Below, one piece after another: positions 1 to 9,416 of a stretch of 41,710 nt of DNA. Origin of the DNA: a bacterium (GTDB lineage: Bacteria; Hinthialibacterota; Hinthialibacteria; Hinthialibacterales; Hinthialibacteraceae); the NCBI GenBank assembly GCA_041946805.1, contig JBHGBC010000039.1, positions 1 to 41,710 of the forward strand, given 5' to 3'. Position 1 is the stretch's first letter. Every line of letters starts with the position of its first letter. The notes under the pieces are model-generated. The model saw nothing but the letters and a program-made list of their open reading frames with translations. It ran no database searches and was not told where the DNA came from. The position numbers were made by a program, and so were the translations under genes.

Positions 1-204
1 GCCCGTCCATTCCAACCGGCCGTTTTGCGCGTAAACGGGTCCGTCCGTGGAGGCGTCCACCCACTCCGGCCAGGCGGCCGACGGATTGGCGCCCGAGGGA
101 TTGTCAAAATTATTGCTATATTGCACCGCCCCAAAACTGAGCGATGAACCGAGTAGCAGACAAATTCCCGCCATTCCCACTTTCCTCCACTTTTGCTCCT
201 TCAT
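1..204 (-). CDS. Exported protein, N-terminal part only (runs off window edge)
   Basis: Not in ORF track; read manually: GGAGAGAGG RBS, ATG at 204, open frame to base 1: MKEQKWRKVGMAGICLLLGSSLSFGAVQYSNNFDNPSG..., with a Sec-type signal peptide. Confidence 0.75.
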   Translation of the reverse strand, partial: MKEQKWRKVGMAGICLLLGSSLSFGAVQYSNNFDNPSGANPSAAWPEWVDASTDGPVYAQNGRLEWTG

Positions 205-349
205 TGGCCTCTCTCCTTTTATGGGATTTTCGATCAACCGCAAAAATCGTTCACTCTAGTAAAAAGAAATTCCCGTCGAAAGGCTAGGGTGATTTCATGA
301 AAATACGAGGGAGATTCGCTACATTTTAAGTAGTAAAAATATATTTGAA

Positions 350-660
350 ATGAAAAACCCGAGTGGATCCAGGCAGGTAACTGCGCCGCTCTGCCAGGAA
401 CTGGGCGTCGAGCGGCTGGATTGGTTCGGTTCCACCAGGCGGTCCGGTTTTCACGCGGGAAGCGGTGTGAACGTCAGGGCGTGTCTGGACAGACGCCGGG
501 GGATGATGTTCCACCGGTATTTCACGCTCAGGAACCGCCTGGAATTTATATCCGCCGGTCGCCCTGTGGATCGGGTCCTCGAAGAGTTCATCCGGAAGCC
601 CTACTTTTGGGACGCGGCCGAAAGCAGCCGGGTGACACTTTATGAATCTCGGAATCAAGA
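350..660 (+). pseudogene. Degenerate minimal nucleotidyltransferase (MNT/MntA-type antitoxin)
   Basis: LCQELGVERLDWFGS...RYFTLRNRLE...GRPVDRV...IRKPYF...SRVTLYE follows the MNT pattern, but the S-D-x-D catalytic motif reads S-G-V-N and the frame runs on past the usual end. Confidence 0.7.
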
Positions 661-701
661 AGTTTTGCATCTTTCTACAAGAATATTGTCAATTCTTGTA
701 G
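642..701 (+). pseudogene. Possible 5' stub of a HEPN (HepT/DUF86-type) toxin
   Basis: ATG overlapping the MNT 3' end gives MNLGIKKFCIFLQEYCQFL-stop, resembling the MxxEIKKYLxDI start of HepT proteins. Confidence 0.35.
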
Positions 702-722
702 TATTTGCCTTTCGCCTGCCTA

Positions 723-900
723 CAATCCCACAGGGATTGAACGTGAATAGCCGGGGGTAATAACCCCCGGTTACGTCCCCGATGCTCACGACCCCGGAGG
801 GGTCGAATAATGTATTCAATCCCTTCGGGATTGGTATTTATTCTTTACGAAACCGTAGGCTATCGCCTACGGTTATTCACATTCATCCCCTGAGGGAATG
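723..900. repeat. REP/REPIN-like element with ~48-bp imperfect terminal inverted repeats and internal hairpins
   Basis: 723-770 CAATCCCACAGGGATTGAACGTGAATAGCCGGGGG...CCCCCGG mirrors the reverse complement of 853-900; internal hairpins GACCCCGGAGGGGTC and AATCCCTTCGGGATT. Confidence 0.75.
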
Positions 901-979
901 ACGTTCCATAAAGAGTAATGCATGATAGGAAATTGTCATATTCCAAATACCCCTTACTCGTCACATCACGTCCTCCTCA

Positions 980-2425
980 CTACTCCACCATCCGCCCGGG
1001 CGCGGGGAAATTCTTGGACATATCATCGAGCACCAGCACCCAATCGTTGCCTCGGTTGTCCGGGCCGGGGGGATCGAAGCGGCGCGTGCCGCTGTCGGCG
1101 AACGAATCGATCAGCGAGGCGGTTCCCTTGCGCGGATCGTACCACCAGGCCATGACCTTCCCGCCGGAGATTTTGCCCAACTGGATGGTGACCGGTGTGC
1201 CCGCGGGGATGTAAACGAACGCGTAGCCATCGCCGCGGGTGGCCTGGATATGGCCCGCGCCTTCGCTTTGCCCTTCGGCGATGAGGCTTTGATCGGGCAC
1301 ACGGCTGAGAAAGGGGCGGGATTCGATCAGATTGCGCACATGCAACATGTCCCACGCGCCGGGCAGATCGAGAACGTCGTACCAATTGTTCCGCGCGGAC
1401 GAAATGGGCGTGCGGCCGGGGGCCATCATCTGCCAGATGTCATGGCAGCCATAGGTATGGCCGAACGCCCCCGCGAACAGCGCCCAATAGGCGCCCTGGC
1501 GGACATCGAAATCATTGAACCAGCCGTTTTCGGATTTCCAGTTGACGGGGTGGTCCTCGTAGCGGGGCTCACCGTCGATGCACGGCTTGACCGGCTCGCG
1601 GTTGTAATCCGCGGTGATCATCCGGTAATTGGGATTGTCGAAACGGTCATGGCTGGACTGCAGCATGTTGAACGCCAGCCATTCGTCTTCCTGGAACCAC
1701 TTCGAGGAGGATAAACCGCCCTGGGGATGATAGGTGAGGAGGTGAATCCCCCCGTCGCCTTCCTGGATACCTTGGGCCATGGCCCGCCAAATCTCCTCAA
1801 CGCCGTCGGCCGCGCGGTCGCCGCCCAGAATCCAGATGAGGTTCGGCTGGTTCTTGTACCGTTGTCCCAAAAACCGGCCGTAAATCCGCGCGTTCTCCGG
1901 ATTGAAGACCACCGGGCCTTTTCCCCAGGCCTTCGTCACCTTGTCGCCCCAGGTGGGCAACATGCCGATGAAGATGCCTTTCTCTTTCGCCTTGTTGACG
2001 ATGAAATCCACGTGCTTGAAATAGACCTCATTGGGCTTGGTGGGATCGTTGCTGATCAGGGGCTTGTCCCCGTAGGCGTTGGCGGTATCGAGGCCTTCCA
2101 GCTCGGCGAACACGACCGCCTGGATGACGGTGAAGCCCTTCTGCCGGCGGTTTTCCAGGTAACGCTCCGCTTCTTCACGGTTCAGGCGGTGGAACAGTTC
2201 CCACGCGGTGTCGCCCAGGTAGAAGAAGGGTGTTCCGTCCTCATGCACGACAAAGCGGTGATTCTCCGAAACCTTGAGAGGGCCATGGCTGAAATCCACC
2301 GACGGCCCGGACCGGGGCGTTTCCGCCCACGCGGCGGAAAGGAAGAACCATCCCATTAGAATCCCGGCGCAGAGCGGGCGGATCGAGAAAGAGAGAAGCC
2401 GATGAATGGTGTTTGTTCGGACCAT
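980..2425 (-). CDS. GH140-like glycoside hydrolase (DUF4038 plus C-terminal putative collagen-binding domain), exported
   Basis: DGTPFFYLGDTAWELFHRL, WILGGDR, TYHP, DGEPRYE, GHTYG and C-terminal WWYDPRKG...DWVLVL motifs; start placed at 2425 from AGGAGG RBS and signal peptide. Confidence 0.88.
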   Translation of the reverse strand: MVRTNTIHRLLSFSIRPLCAGILMGWFFLSAAWAETPRSGPSVDFSHGPLKVSENHRFVVHEDGTPFFYLGDTAWELFHRLNREEAERYLENRRQKGFTVIQAVVFAELEGLDTANAYGDKPLISNDPTKPNEVYFKHVDFIVNKAKEKGIFIGMLPTWGDKVTKAWGKGPVVFNPENARIYGRFLGQRYKNQPNLIWILGGDRAADGVEEIWRAMAQGIQEGDGGIHLLTYHPQGGLSSSKWFQEDEWLAFNMLQSSHDRFDNPNYRMITADYNREPVKPCIDGEPRYEDHPVNWKSENGWFNDFDVRQGAYWALFAGAFGHTYGCHDIWQMMAPGRTPISSARNNWYDVLDLPGAWDMLHVRNLIESRPFLSRVPDQSLIAEGQSEGAGHIQATRGDGYAFVYIPAGTPVTIQLGKISGGKVMAWWYDPRKGTASLIDSFADSGTRRFDPPGPDNRGNDWVLVLDDMSKNFPAPGRMVE

Positions 2426-2595
2426 GGATTTGCCTCCTATGGGTAATGGAGAATCCCGTTTGTGTTTTTTTGATGTGGGTGAATTGCATACCCGTGGTCT
2501 ATTCAAAGTAGCAAAGGGAACCGGAGGGGGCAAGGCATTTTCAACGCCGAGGCGCCAAAATCATCGTTTAGAGAAGCATTGCGTGAGCCGGTTGA

Positions 2596-2623
2596 GCAGG
2601 GGGACGTGGCAACGTGCCCCTGC
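2596..2623. repeat. GTAG-type REP-like palindrome (degenerate)
   Basis: GCAGGGGGACGTGGCAACGTGCCCCTGC imperfect hairpin in intergenic DNA. Confidence 0.5.
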
Positions 2624-2682
2624 GGAATTGGCCGAAGGGGGATGGTGTAAAATAGGCTGGACTGAACGAATCAGCCGGCTTT

Positions 2683-2715
2683 CCCTCACCCCAGCCCTCT
2701 CCCGGAGGGAGAGGG
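2683..2715 (+). repeat. REP-like hairpin family A, copy 1 (CCCTCACCC-N2-CCCTCTCCC-N3-4-GGGAGAGGG-type)
   Basis: CCCTCACCCCAGCCCTCTCCCGGAGGGAGAGGG; seven clear copies in the window, all intergenic. Confidence 0.9.
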
Positions 2716-2836
2716 TGATTGTGTTTCGTGGATTGAATCACGGAGAATACGGAATAATTTCCCCTTCATCTTCCGTAGACAAATCCGTGTTCCCGCCGCA
2801 ATGTACAACGCATAATTCATCGGGTAGGCTCTTGAT

Positions 2837-3778
2837 ATGAAAATGAACATTTTAGCATTCGGGGAAGTCCTGTGGGATATCATGCCGGAGGGAACCGTGC
2901 TGGGGGGAGCGCCGTTCAATTTTGCCTTCCGGGCCAATTCGCTGGGGCACCGGGCGATGATGGTCAGCCGCCTGGGACGGGACGATTTGGGCCGTCAGGC
3001 GGAACAGCGGATGCGGGAACTGAACATGGACACCCGTTTCGTTCAATGGGATTCCGCGCATCCCACGGGCACTGTGAAGGTGACCTTGGATGAGAACAAC
3101 CAGCCGGATTATTTCATCGTGCCGGACGTGGCCTATGACGCCATCGAGATGACCGAAGAGTTGGCCCTTGCCGCCGGGAAAGCGGATTGCGTCTGCTATG
3201 GAACCTTGGCGCAGCGGTCGCCTCGATCCCGGGAAACCTTGGCGCATATCCTGCAACTGGCGGATCAAGCCCTGAAAGTGTTGGATATCAACCTGCGCGA
3301 GAACTGTTACACGCGGGAATCCATCATGGCATCGCTCGAAAGGGCGGATGTGTTGAAACTGAACGAAGACGAGGCCCGTTATCTCATGGATTTATTCGCC
3401 CTGGAAATCCGCTCCCTGCCGGAATTCTGTGAGCGGATCATCCAGGATTGGCTGCTGCAATGTTGCGTCATCACCTTGGGCGAACGGGGCGCGCTGGCCA
3501 TGGCCGCGGATGGGAAACCGGTATACGTGCCGGGATTCCTGGTAACCGTGGTGGATCCCGTCGGTTCGGGAGACGCCTTCACCGCCGGATTCATCACGCA
3601 GTACTTCCAAGGGAAACGGTTGGAGGACGGCTGCCGGTATGGCAACGCCCTGGGGGCGATGGTAGCGGCCACGGCCGGCGGAACCGCCCCCATCCCGCCC
3701 GGTGAAATTGACGAATTCCTGCGCGGCGGCCCCGCGCGCGTGGAAGACCGCGGTCTGGCCGCGTACCGCATAGTGTAA
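2837..3778 (+). CDS. PfkB-family carbohydrate kinase (fructokinase-like)
   Basis: FGEVLWD, GGAPFNFA, DINLR, LKLNEDE and DPVGSGDAFTAG signature motifs. Confidence 0.95.
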   Translation: MKMNILAFGEVLWDIMPEGTVLGGAPFNFAFRANSLGHRAMMVSRLGRDDLGRQAEQRMRELNMDTRFVQWDSAHPTGTVKVTLDENNQPDYFIVPDVAYDAIEMTEELALAAGKADCVCYGTLAQRSPRSRETLAHILQLADQALKVLDINLRENCYTRESIMASLERADVLKLNEDEARYLMDLFALEIRSLPEFCERIIQDWLLQCCVITLGERGALAMAADGKPVYVPGFLVTVVDPVGSGDAFTAGFITQYFQGKRLEDGCRYGNALGAMVAATAGGTAPIPPGEIDEFLRGGPARVEDRGLAAYRIV

Positions 3779-3809
3779 ACCACAAGGAAAACCGGATGAG
3801 GCACTCGGG

Positions 3810-4886
3810 ATGAGACACAAAAAGAAACCGATTCATGGGCCGCGCCAGCGTGTGCGGAAATTCGGCGCGCCGCCGGGGACGCTGATCCACACGGGCGAAC
3901 AAAAACTCGAACAGCCTAAAATCACGGCCATCCATTACAACGAACAGAAATACCACGAGGAAGAAATCGCCGACCTCCGCTCGTGCCTGAAATGCATGGA
4001 TCCCGGTTTTGTCTCGTGGATCAATCTCAGCGGATTGCACCGCACGGAATATATCCAGGAAGTAGGAAACCAATTCCAGATCCATGACCTGGTATTGGAA
4101 GACATTCTGCACACCGAACACCGCCCCAAGATCGAGGATTACGACACCTACCTGTTCATGACCCTGCGGGTGATTTTTCCCAACGCGAACGCGCCTGTTC
4201 CCGAACAAATCAGCCTCGTGCTGACATCCCACGCGGTGATCACTTTCCAGGAAAGCGACCACGCCTATTTCCAGCCGGTCCTGCAGCGGATCAACACCGT
4301 CCAGGGCCGCTTCCGCAAACTGGGGGCCGATTACCTGGCCTACGTGCTGCTGGATACCATCGTCGACGGCTATCTCGATCATCTGGAAGAGACCGGGAAT
4401 GAAATCGAGGCGCTGGAGGAGGAATTGACCAATCATCCCTCCGCGGCCACGATCCGCACGATCCACCGGCTGCGGCGCGAAATCATCGAACTGCGCCGCT
4501 GGATCCTCCCCGTGAAAGATATCACCGGCTACCTGATCAAGAGCCAATCCCCTCTGATCCAGCCATACACCAAGATCTACCTGGGCGATGTGCAGGACCA
4601 CACCATCCAGTCGCTGGATACCCTGGCCGCTTACCAGGAGATCCTGGGCGAACTGACCAGCCAGTATCATTCCATCCTCGACAACCGTATGAACGAGATC
4701 ATGGCGGTGCTGACCGTCTTCGCGGCGATTTTCATTCCCCTCTCGTTTTTGGCCGGGGTGTACGGGATGAATTTCGAATACATGCCGGAACTGAAAGAGC
4801 GGTGGAGCTACCCGGTGTTTTGGGTCATCGTGATCACGGTCATCACGGCCATGGTGGGGTATTTCAAACGGAAAAAATGGATTTAG
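3810..4886 (+). CDS. corA: Magnesium/cobalt transporter CorA
   Basis: GAPPGTL N-terminus, HRPKIEDY, GVYGMNF signature, MPEL and two C-terminal TM helices. Confidence 0.97.
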   Translation: MRHKKKPIHGPRQRVRKFGAPPGTLIHTGEQKLEQPKITAIHYNEQKYHEEEIADLRSCLKCMDPGFVSWINLSGLHRTEYIQEVGNQFQIHDLVLEDILHTEHRPKIEDYDTYLFMTLRVIFPNANAPVPEQISLVLTSHAVITFQESDHAYFQPVLQRINTVQGRFRKLGADYLAYVLLDTIVDGYLDHLEETGNEIEALEEELTNHPSAATIRTIHRLRREIIELRRWILPVKDITGYLIKSQSPLIQPYTKIYLGDVQDHTIQSLDTLAAYQEILGELTSQYHSILDNRMNEIMAVLTVFAAIFIPLSFLAGVYGMNFEYMPELKERWSYPVFWVIVITVITAMVGYFKRKKWI

Positions 4887-4923
4887 TGGCCACGGCCCGC
4901 GGGGACCGGGGAGAAGGGTCATC

Positions 4924-6066
4924 ATGAATACGACATCACCGAAAGCGCAAGAAAAAGCCGGCCGCGTCCGCATGGCCTTGACGCACCAGGAAGGCGACCG
5001 CGTGCCGGCGGGTGAATTTTTCTGGACCGGCTTTCTGCAACGCTGCCGGAAAAAATGGGGCGAGGATTTCGATCCGTACCGGCATTTCGACTTGGATTAC
5101 ATCGTCATCACGCCCAACATGGATCCCCGCGTCGAGCCGTTCACCATTCTGGAAAGCGATGACCAGCACGTCGTCGTGCGCACGGGCTTCGGGGCCACGA
5201 TCCGGCGGACGGCCGAAGCGCCCATGCCTGGCTTCGAATCGTTCTCGGTAACCGAAGCGGAAGGCATGGCCGATTTCGAATGGGGCGATCCCCGCGATCC
5301 GCGGCGGTTCCACGAAGGGGGAGACGACCAGATCAACGGCGTGGGCGACGCGCTGATCCGCGATCTGCCCGCGTGGGACGAGCGGGTCAACGCGTACGTG
5401 GAAGATTTCGCCGTGTTCGGTTCGGTGTGCGAGCCGTATGAATACCTCTGGCGCATCATCGGCAGCGAGAACGCCCTGGTGTGGATGGCCAGCGAACCGG
5501 ACCGGTTCGCGGCGTTCGTGGACCGCGTGGGGGCGTTTTTGCTGGAGTTTTGCCAGGCGCAGATCGAAGCCGCCCGGGGCCGTTTGATGGGGATGTACAT
5601 CTGGGGAGACGTGGCCTACCGCGGGGGGATGTTCTTCGGCTTGCCCCGCTGGCGGACCTTGTTTAAACCGCATGTCAAGGCGTTGATCGATTGCTGCCGG
5701 CGGCACGGCCTGTTGACCGTATATCACGGCTGCGGCAAGGCTTCCGCGATCTTTGACGATTTGCAGGAACTGGGATTGCACGCGTACAATCCGTTGGAAG
5801 CCAAGGCCGGCTTGGATGTGGTGGTGTTGAAAAAGAGGTATGCGGGCAAACTGGCCTTCGTGGGGAACATCGACGTGCGCGTGCTCGAAACGGGGGATGA
5901 GGAGGCGGTCCGGCGGGAAGTCCTGTACAAACTGCGCGCGGCGGCGGGGGGCGGCTGGATCTTCCAATCCGACCACTCGGTCACCAGCCAGGTCCGGCCG
6001 GAAATCTACGAACTGGCCTTGCGCGTCCTGCGGGAAAACGGGAATTTTCCTTTGCGGTTGGTATGA
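4924..6066 (+). CDS. Uroporphyrinogen decarboxylase (URO-D)/MtaA-like family protein, probably not true HemE
   Basis: RVRMALTHQEGDRVP start, WGDVAY, YHGCG, NPLE, GNIDV, GGGWIFQSDHSV. Confidence 0.85.
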   Translation: MNTTSPKAQEKAGRVRMALTHQEGDRVPAGEFFWTGFLQRCRKKWGEDFDPYRHFDLDYIVITPNMDPRVEPFTILESDDQHVVVRTGFGATIRRTAEAPMPGFESFSVTEAEGMADFEWGDPRDPRRFHEGGDDQINGVGDALIRDLPAWDERVNAYVEDFAVFGSVCEPYEYLWRIIGSENALVWMASEPDRFAAFVDRVGAFLLEFCQAQIEAARGRLMGMYIWGDVAYRGGMFFGLPRWRTLFKPHVKALIDCCRRHGLLTVYHGCGKASAIFDDLQELGLHAYNPLEAKAGLDVVVLKKRYAGKLAFVGNIDVRVLETGDEEAVRREVLYKLRAAAGGGWIFQSDHSVTSQVRPEIYELALRVLRENGNFPLRLV

Positions 6067-6080
6067 TTCTCAAAAAAAAT

Positions 6081-6295
6081 GGGGCTCATCCGGCAATTAC
6101 GTACTTTTTTTAGACGGCCGGTCCGCTTCTCTTCGAAGTGATAGATGAAAACCATGCCCCCAAAATTCCCTCTCCCTCTGGGAGAGCGCCCGGGTGAGGG
6201 AATTTTTTTAGCGGCGGACCTTGGTATCCGCCCTCATCCAGCAACAAATGGAACCAATGTTACTTCATCAGGTACGCACTTCTCGGATGAACCTC
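6081..6295. mobile_element. MITE-like element, TIR family GGTTCATCCGG, containing a family A hairpin
   Basis: 6081-6104 vs reverse complement of 6272-6295 match 18/24; same TIR bounds 32036-32300; an extra right-end copy lies at 6367-6387. Confidence 0.65.
6168..6200 (-). repeat. REP-like hairpin family A, copy 2
   Basis: CCCTCTCCCTCTGGGAGAGCGCCCGGGTGAGGG (reverse orientation); adjoining ~35 bp also resembles the flank of copy 3 (ATTTTGGGG..GTTTTCATC.ATCACT). Confidence 0.85.
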
Positions 6296-6447
6296 AAATA
6301 AGTCCCCTTGCGGGGACGGCTCTACAGCTGCCCAGGGGGTTCAATCCTGGGCTGTGGATTCGGATGTATGTATTTCCCGGATGAACCGAAATTGATCAAA
6401 TCCTGACCATTCAGTTGATCCTAATAGGGCGAATCCCTGCTCTGATT

Positions 6448-6474
6448 GTCATCCCCGCGCTCGCGGGGATCCAG
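6448..6474 (+). repeat. GTCATCCCCGCG-type REP-like palindrome
   Basis: GTCATCCCCGCGCTCGCGGGGATCCAG; a degenerate relative is at ~27244-27270. Confidence 0.7.
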
Positions 6475-6594
6475 AGCGAAGATCCGAAGGGTATTATTGG
6501 AATAGACGCAGGTTTTTGTAACCGGCGGCCAATCGGATTGGATTTCCGTATGAATTTCTGTGGTTGACATCCCCCACCATGGTGATTCAGGGAT

Positions 6595-6621
6595 TTGCCG
6601 GACACGACGCTATACTATAAT
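6595..6621 (+). promoter_or_regulatory. Putative sigma70 promoter for nadA
   Basis: TTGCCG (6595-6600) and perfect TATAAT (6616-6621); the 15-bp spacer is short. Confidence 0.45.
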
Positions 6622-6661
6622 GAAGAACAATCATTCGGAATGACGATTTGAGTACGAACAG

Positions 6662-6777
6662 ATGCCAGCCGTGGCCTCTTCCTGACTACGAATGGATAAG
6701 CGCCGAAAGAATTTGCTCCTGAGCCTGCTCATATATGATTGACCCGGCCACGGCATAGATGATCGAGCGAGGTATTC
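6662..6777 (+). promoter_or_regulatory. Candidate structured 5' leader or operator region of nadA
   Basis: 9-bp perfect stem GCCGTGGCC (6668-6676)/GGCCACGGC (6746-6754) closing just upstream of the RBS. Confidence 0.35.
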
Positions 6778-7836
6778 ATGAACCAGACCGCATTAGACAG
6801 CCAGTTGCGCCGGATGGAGGAGGCCCTGCGGGCTTCTCCCGACCAAATGCTTGAATTCAAGGCCAAACGGGATCTCCTCGCGCGGATTCTACAACTGCAG
6901 GAAGAAAAGAACGTCCTGATACTGGGCCATAACTACATGGAACCACTGGTCTTCTATCTCTCCGGCGAGAAAGAGCGGGGCGATTCTCTGGCCCTCTCGC
7001 GGCGGGCGGCCGAAACCGGCAAGCCCATTATCCTCTTCGACGGCGTGCGCTTCATGGCGGAAACGGCCAAGATCCTCAATCCGGCCAAGAAAGTGCTTAT
7101 CTGTGACCTGGAAGCCGGGTGCAGCCTGGCCGAGCCGTTCACCGCCGCTGATGTGCTCGAATACCGGCGGCGCTATCCCGGCTGCCCGGTGGTGACCTAC
7201 ATCAACAGCTACGCGGACGTGAAGGCGGAGACGGACTATTGCTGCACCTCGTCCAACGGGCCGAACGTGATCTTGCACGCCGCCCGCGCGTTCGGGACCA
7301 ACCGGGTGATCTTTTTCCCCGATTCGCTCATGGGGGCCAATCTGCAGAAGGAATTGGCTCCGCACGGGATCGAGATCATCTATCCCGGCAAGGAAGACGA
7401 CAAGTTCGGGCGCTGCGAAGTGCACGAGAAGTTCACCGTCGAAATCCTGCGCGGCATCCGCCGGCAGTTCAACCTGGTGAAGGGCAGTGAAGAGACCGCG
7501 CTGCTGGCGCATTGGGAATGCTCGCCCGGAGTGCTGGCGGAGGCGGATTATTACGGCAGCACCTCGCAAATGGCTCAATACATCGGCCAACATCCCATAC
7601 TGAAACGCGTCTTTTTGGCCACCGAATGCGAAATGGCGGCCAACCTGGCCTTGGAATATCCTCAGGTGGAGTTCGTGAAGACCTGCAACATGTTCTGCCA
7701 GCACATGCGCCGGATCACCCTGGAGAAGATCCTTTACAGCCTGGAGCATGAGGTGTATGAGATCACCGTCGATCCCGCCATCGCCGCCCGCGCCCGCCGA
7801 GCCATCGGCCGGATGTTGGAAGTGCCACGGGGGTGA
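6778..7836 (+). CDS. nadA: Quinolinate synthase
   Basis: ILGHNYM, GDSLALS, GVRFMAETAKILNP, AGCSLA, VVTYINS, CCTSSN, CEVHE, AHWEC, GSTSQM, ATEC, CQHMRRITL. Confidence 0.97.
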   Translation: MNQTALDSQLRRMEEALRASPDQMLEFKAKRDLLARILQLQEEKNVLILGHNYMEPLVFYLSGEKERGDSLALSRRAAETGKPIILFDGVRFMAETAKILNPAKKVLICDLEAGCSLAEPFTAADVLEYRRRYPGCPVVTYINSYADVKAETDYCCTSSNGPNVILHAARAFGTNRVIFFPDSLMGANLQKELAPHGIEIIYPGKEDDKFGRCEVHEKFTVEILRGIRRQFNLVKGSEETALLAHWECSPGVLAEADYYGSTSQMAQYIGQHPILKRVFLATECEMAANLALEYPQVEFVKTCNMFCQHMRRITLEKILYSLEHEVYEITVDPAIAARARRAIGRMLEVPRG

Positions 7837-7901
7837 GTCATACGAAGTTGTACGCTGATCGTGATGATATGCAGTTGCTGCTGCGATGAATTAAATTAGG
7901 A

Positions 7902-8556
7902 GTAACAGGTCACCCACCTGAAGTAAAACCGCGCCTCATCCCTTCTTTTCCTTGATGAATCCCTCTCCGCAAATAATAATTTACATCTAGCGTTACTTCC
8001 GGGCTGGATCAGAAGTTATTTGAAGTATGGAAAAGTACAGGCCTGCGATTTTCGCGCAAATTCGGCGCGAATCGCTTCACACCGGCCCCGCGCTCGGGGA
8101 AGAGCCGGCCCATATCCTCGTCCAACGGATTCTGAACGAAGGCGAAGAAGCCCTCCTTTTTCTTTTCCGGGAAATCGTCCGGGGCCTGAAATCTTCAGCG
8201 CCCTCGTCCTCCACCCCGTCCGGCATGATTCCCCTGCATTTCAAGGTCGCCGCCCAAACCGGGAAGCCACCCCGGAAGAAAAAGCCGGCGGGTGGCTAAC
8301 CGGGCCATCCCGGCCACCGCTTACTGGTGATGGAGGCCTATCAACAGTACGAGCTGGGTCTGATACTTATTTGCCAGGGCAAACGGCTGATCCAGGACGC
8401 GTTGACCCACGGAGTGTTGATGAGCATATTCCGCACCTTGAACCGGCGCGGCAACAATCCCATCACGGCTCTCGTTTCCGCCCTATGGGAATACGTCCGC
8501 ACCGGGCCTCTGCCGCCTTTCCCGCCGGTTGTTACTTCAGAAGAGTGAACTGTTAC
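7902..8556 (+). mobile_element. Internally deleted, non-autonomous IS66-family element (655 bp)
   Basis: TIRs GTAACAGGTCACCCACCTGAAGTAA / GTAACAGTTCACTCTTCTGAAGTAA (21/25 match, GTAA termini typical of IS66); no target duplication visible. Confidence 0.8.
8027..8548 (+). pseudogene. IS66 transposase remnant: N- and C-terminal fragments, catalytic core missing
   Basis: N-terminal GEEALLFL...STPSGMIP...KKKPAGG*PGHPGHR with in-frame stop at 8297-8299; C-terminal LMSIFRTLNRRGNNPITALVSAL...TGPLPPFP ending at the TIR. Confidence 0.72.
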
Positions 8557-8603
8557 GAATCATTTATAGCGATATTTCCGTGTTGTGCCAGCAGAAAGGA
8601 TGT

Positions 8604-9236
8604 CTACCACCGAGGATTCCAGGGATGATACGGCAAGGGGCAAATAATATCTCCATCACTACGAACACCATTGGATGAATTATAGAGCGCTCCATATGGA
8701 TCATGTTCCATTATATCGATGTCTCGGTCAGGCCCAAGGCTCCGAACGAACGTATACTGAGTAAAATCAAAGGTATTGAGATAAATTTCATAAGGATGGG
8801 GACAAGCTGTGTAACTAAACCAACTGGGATGATTATAACAGGTTGATATTAATTCAATTGTATTATCTTCCGCATTGCAGGCGCGATGGGGAAAAGGATC
8901 ATGATCCTTCATTCTTTCAAGAACCCGCGTGTAAAACTGTCTATCCTTTTCATCGATCCCTTCCTGAAAAGTAAGCTGCAAGTCGGAAACATAACAAGGC
9001 CCTCCAATTTGGATCGTGCCGCCCCAGCCGGTATATCGTCTGTTGCTTTCATCGATCATGATCACGATAACATCATTATACAGTGTCTTAACATCACTTT
9101 GGGCTCGCGCCACTTTCGCCCGTAATTGTGAGTTTTGAAAATTGGGCACCGCGATGGCCGCGAGTATGCCAATGATGGCCACTACGATGAGTAACTCGAT
9201 TAAAGTAAAGGCTGGATGTGGACTGAATGTGTTCAT
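8604..9236 (-). CDS. Prepilin-type N-terminal cleavage/methylation domain protein (pseudopilin G-like)
   Basis: AFTLIELLIVVAIIGILAAIAVPNF; C-terminal SLGPD...YNSSNGVRSDGDI; visibly AT-richer than neighbours. Confidence 0.92.
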   Translation of the reverse strand: MNTFSPHPAFTLIELLIVVAIIGILAAIAVPNFQNSQLRAKVARAQSDVKTLYNDVIVIMIDESNRRYTGWGGTIQIGGPCYVSDLQLTFQEGIDEKDRQFYTRVLERMKDHDPFPHRACNAEDNTIELISTCYNHPSWFSYTACPHPYEIYLNTFDFTQYTFVRSLGPDRDIDIMEHDPYGALYNSSNGVRSDGDIICPLPYHPWNPRW

Positions 9237-9381
9237 GGCCGTTCTCTCTATTCCATGAAGGCGCAGTCAAGAGACCATGGTTCCTGAAGAATGGCGCTGG
9301 TTTGGATTAAATCGCGGATGTCCTGCTATGTTTATTCATGATGCCATTTCCTTAATAAATAAGATTCCAATCAACCGGGAT

Positions 9382-9410
9382 GAGGGCGGACACCAAGGTC
9401 CGCCTCCACA
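9382..9410 (-). repeat. GTAG-type REP-like palindrome
   Basis: GAGGGCGGACACCAAGGTCCGCCTCCACA hairpin directly abutting family A copy 3. Confidence 0.55.
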
Positions 9411-9416
9411 AAAACT

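Noticed and set aside
268..300. CCCGTCGAAAGGCTAGGG hairpin resembling the GNRA stem of a c-di-GMP-I riboswitch
   Set aside because: Lacks the flanking GCAAA motifs and the second stem, and only a pseudogene lies downstream on that strand
4924..6066. Calling this gene hemE
   Set aside because: Lacks the RQAGR motif of true HemE and has no tetrapyrrole gene context
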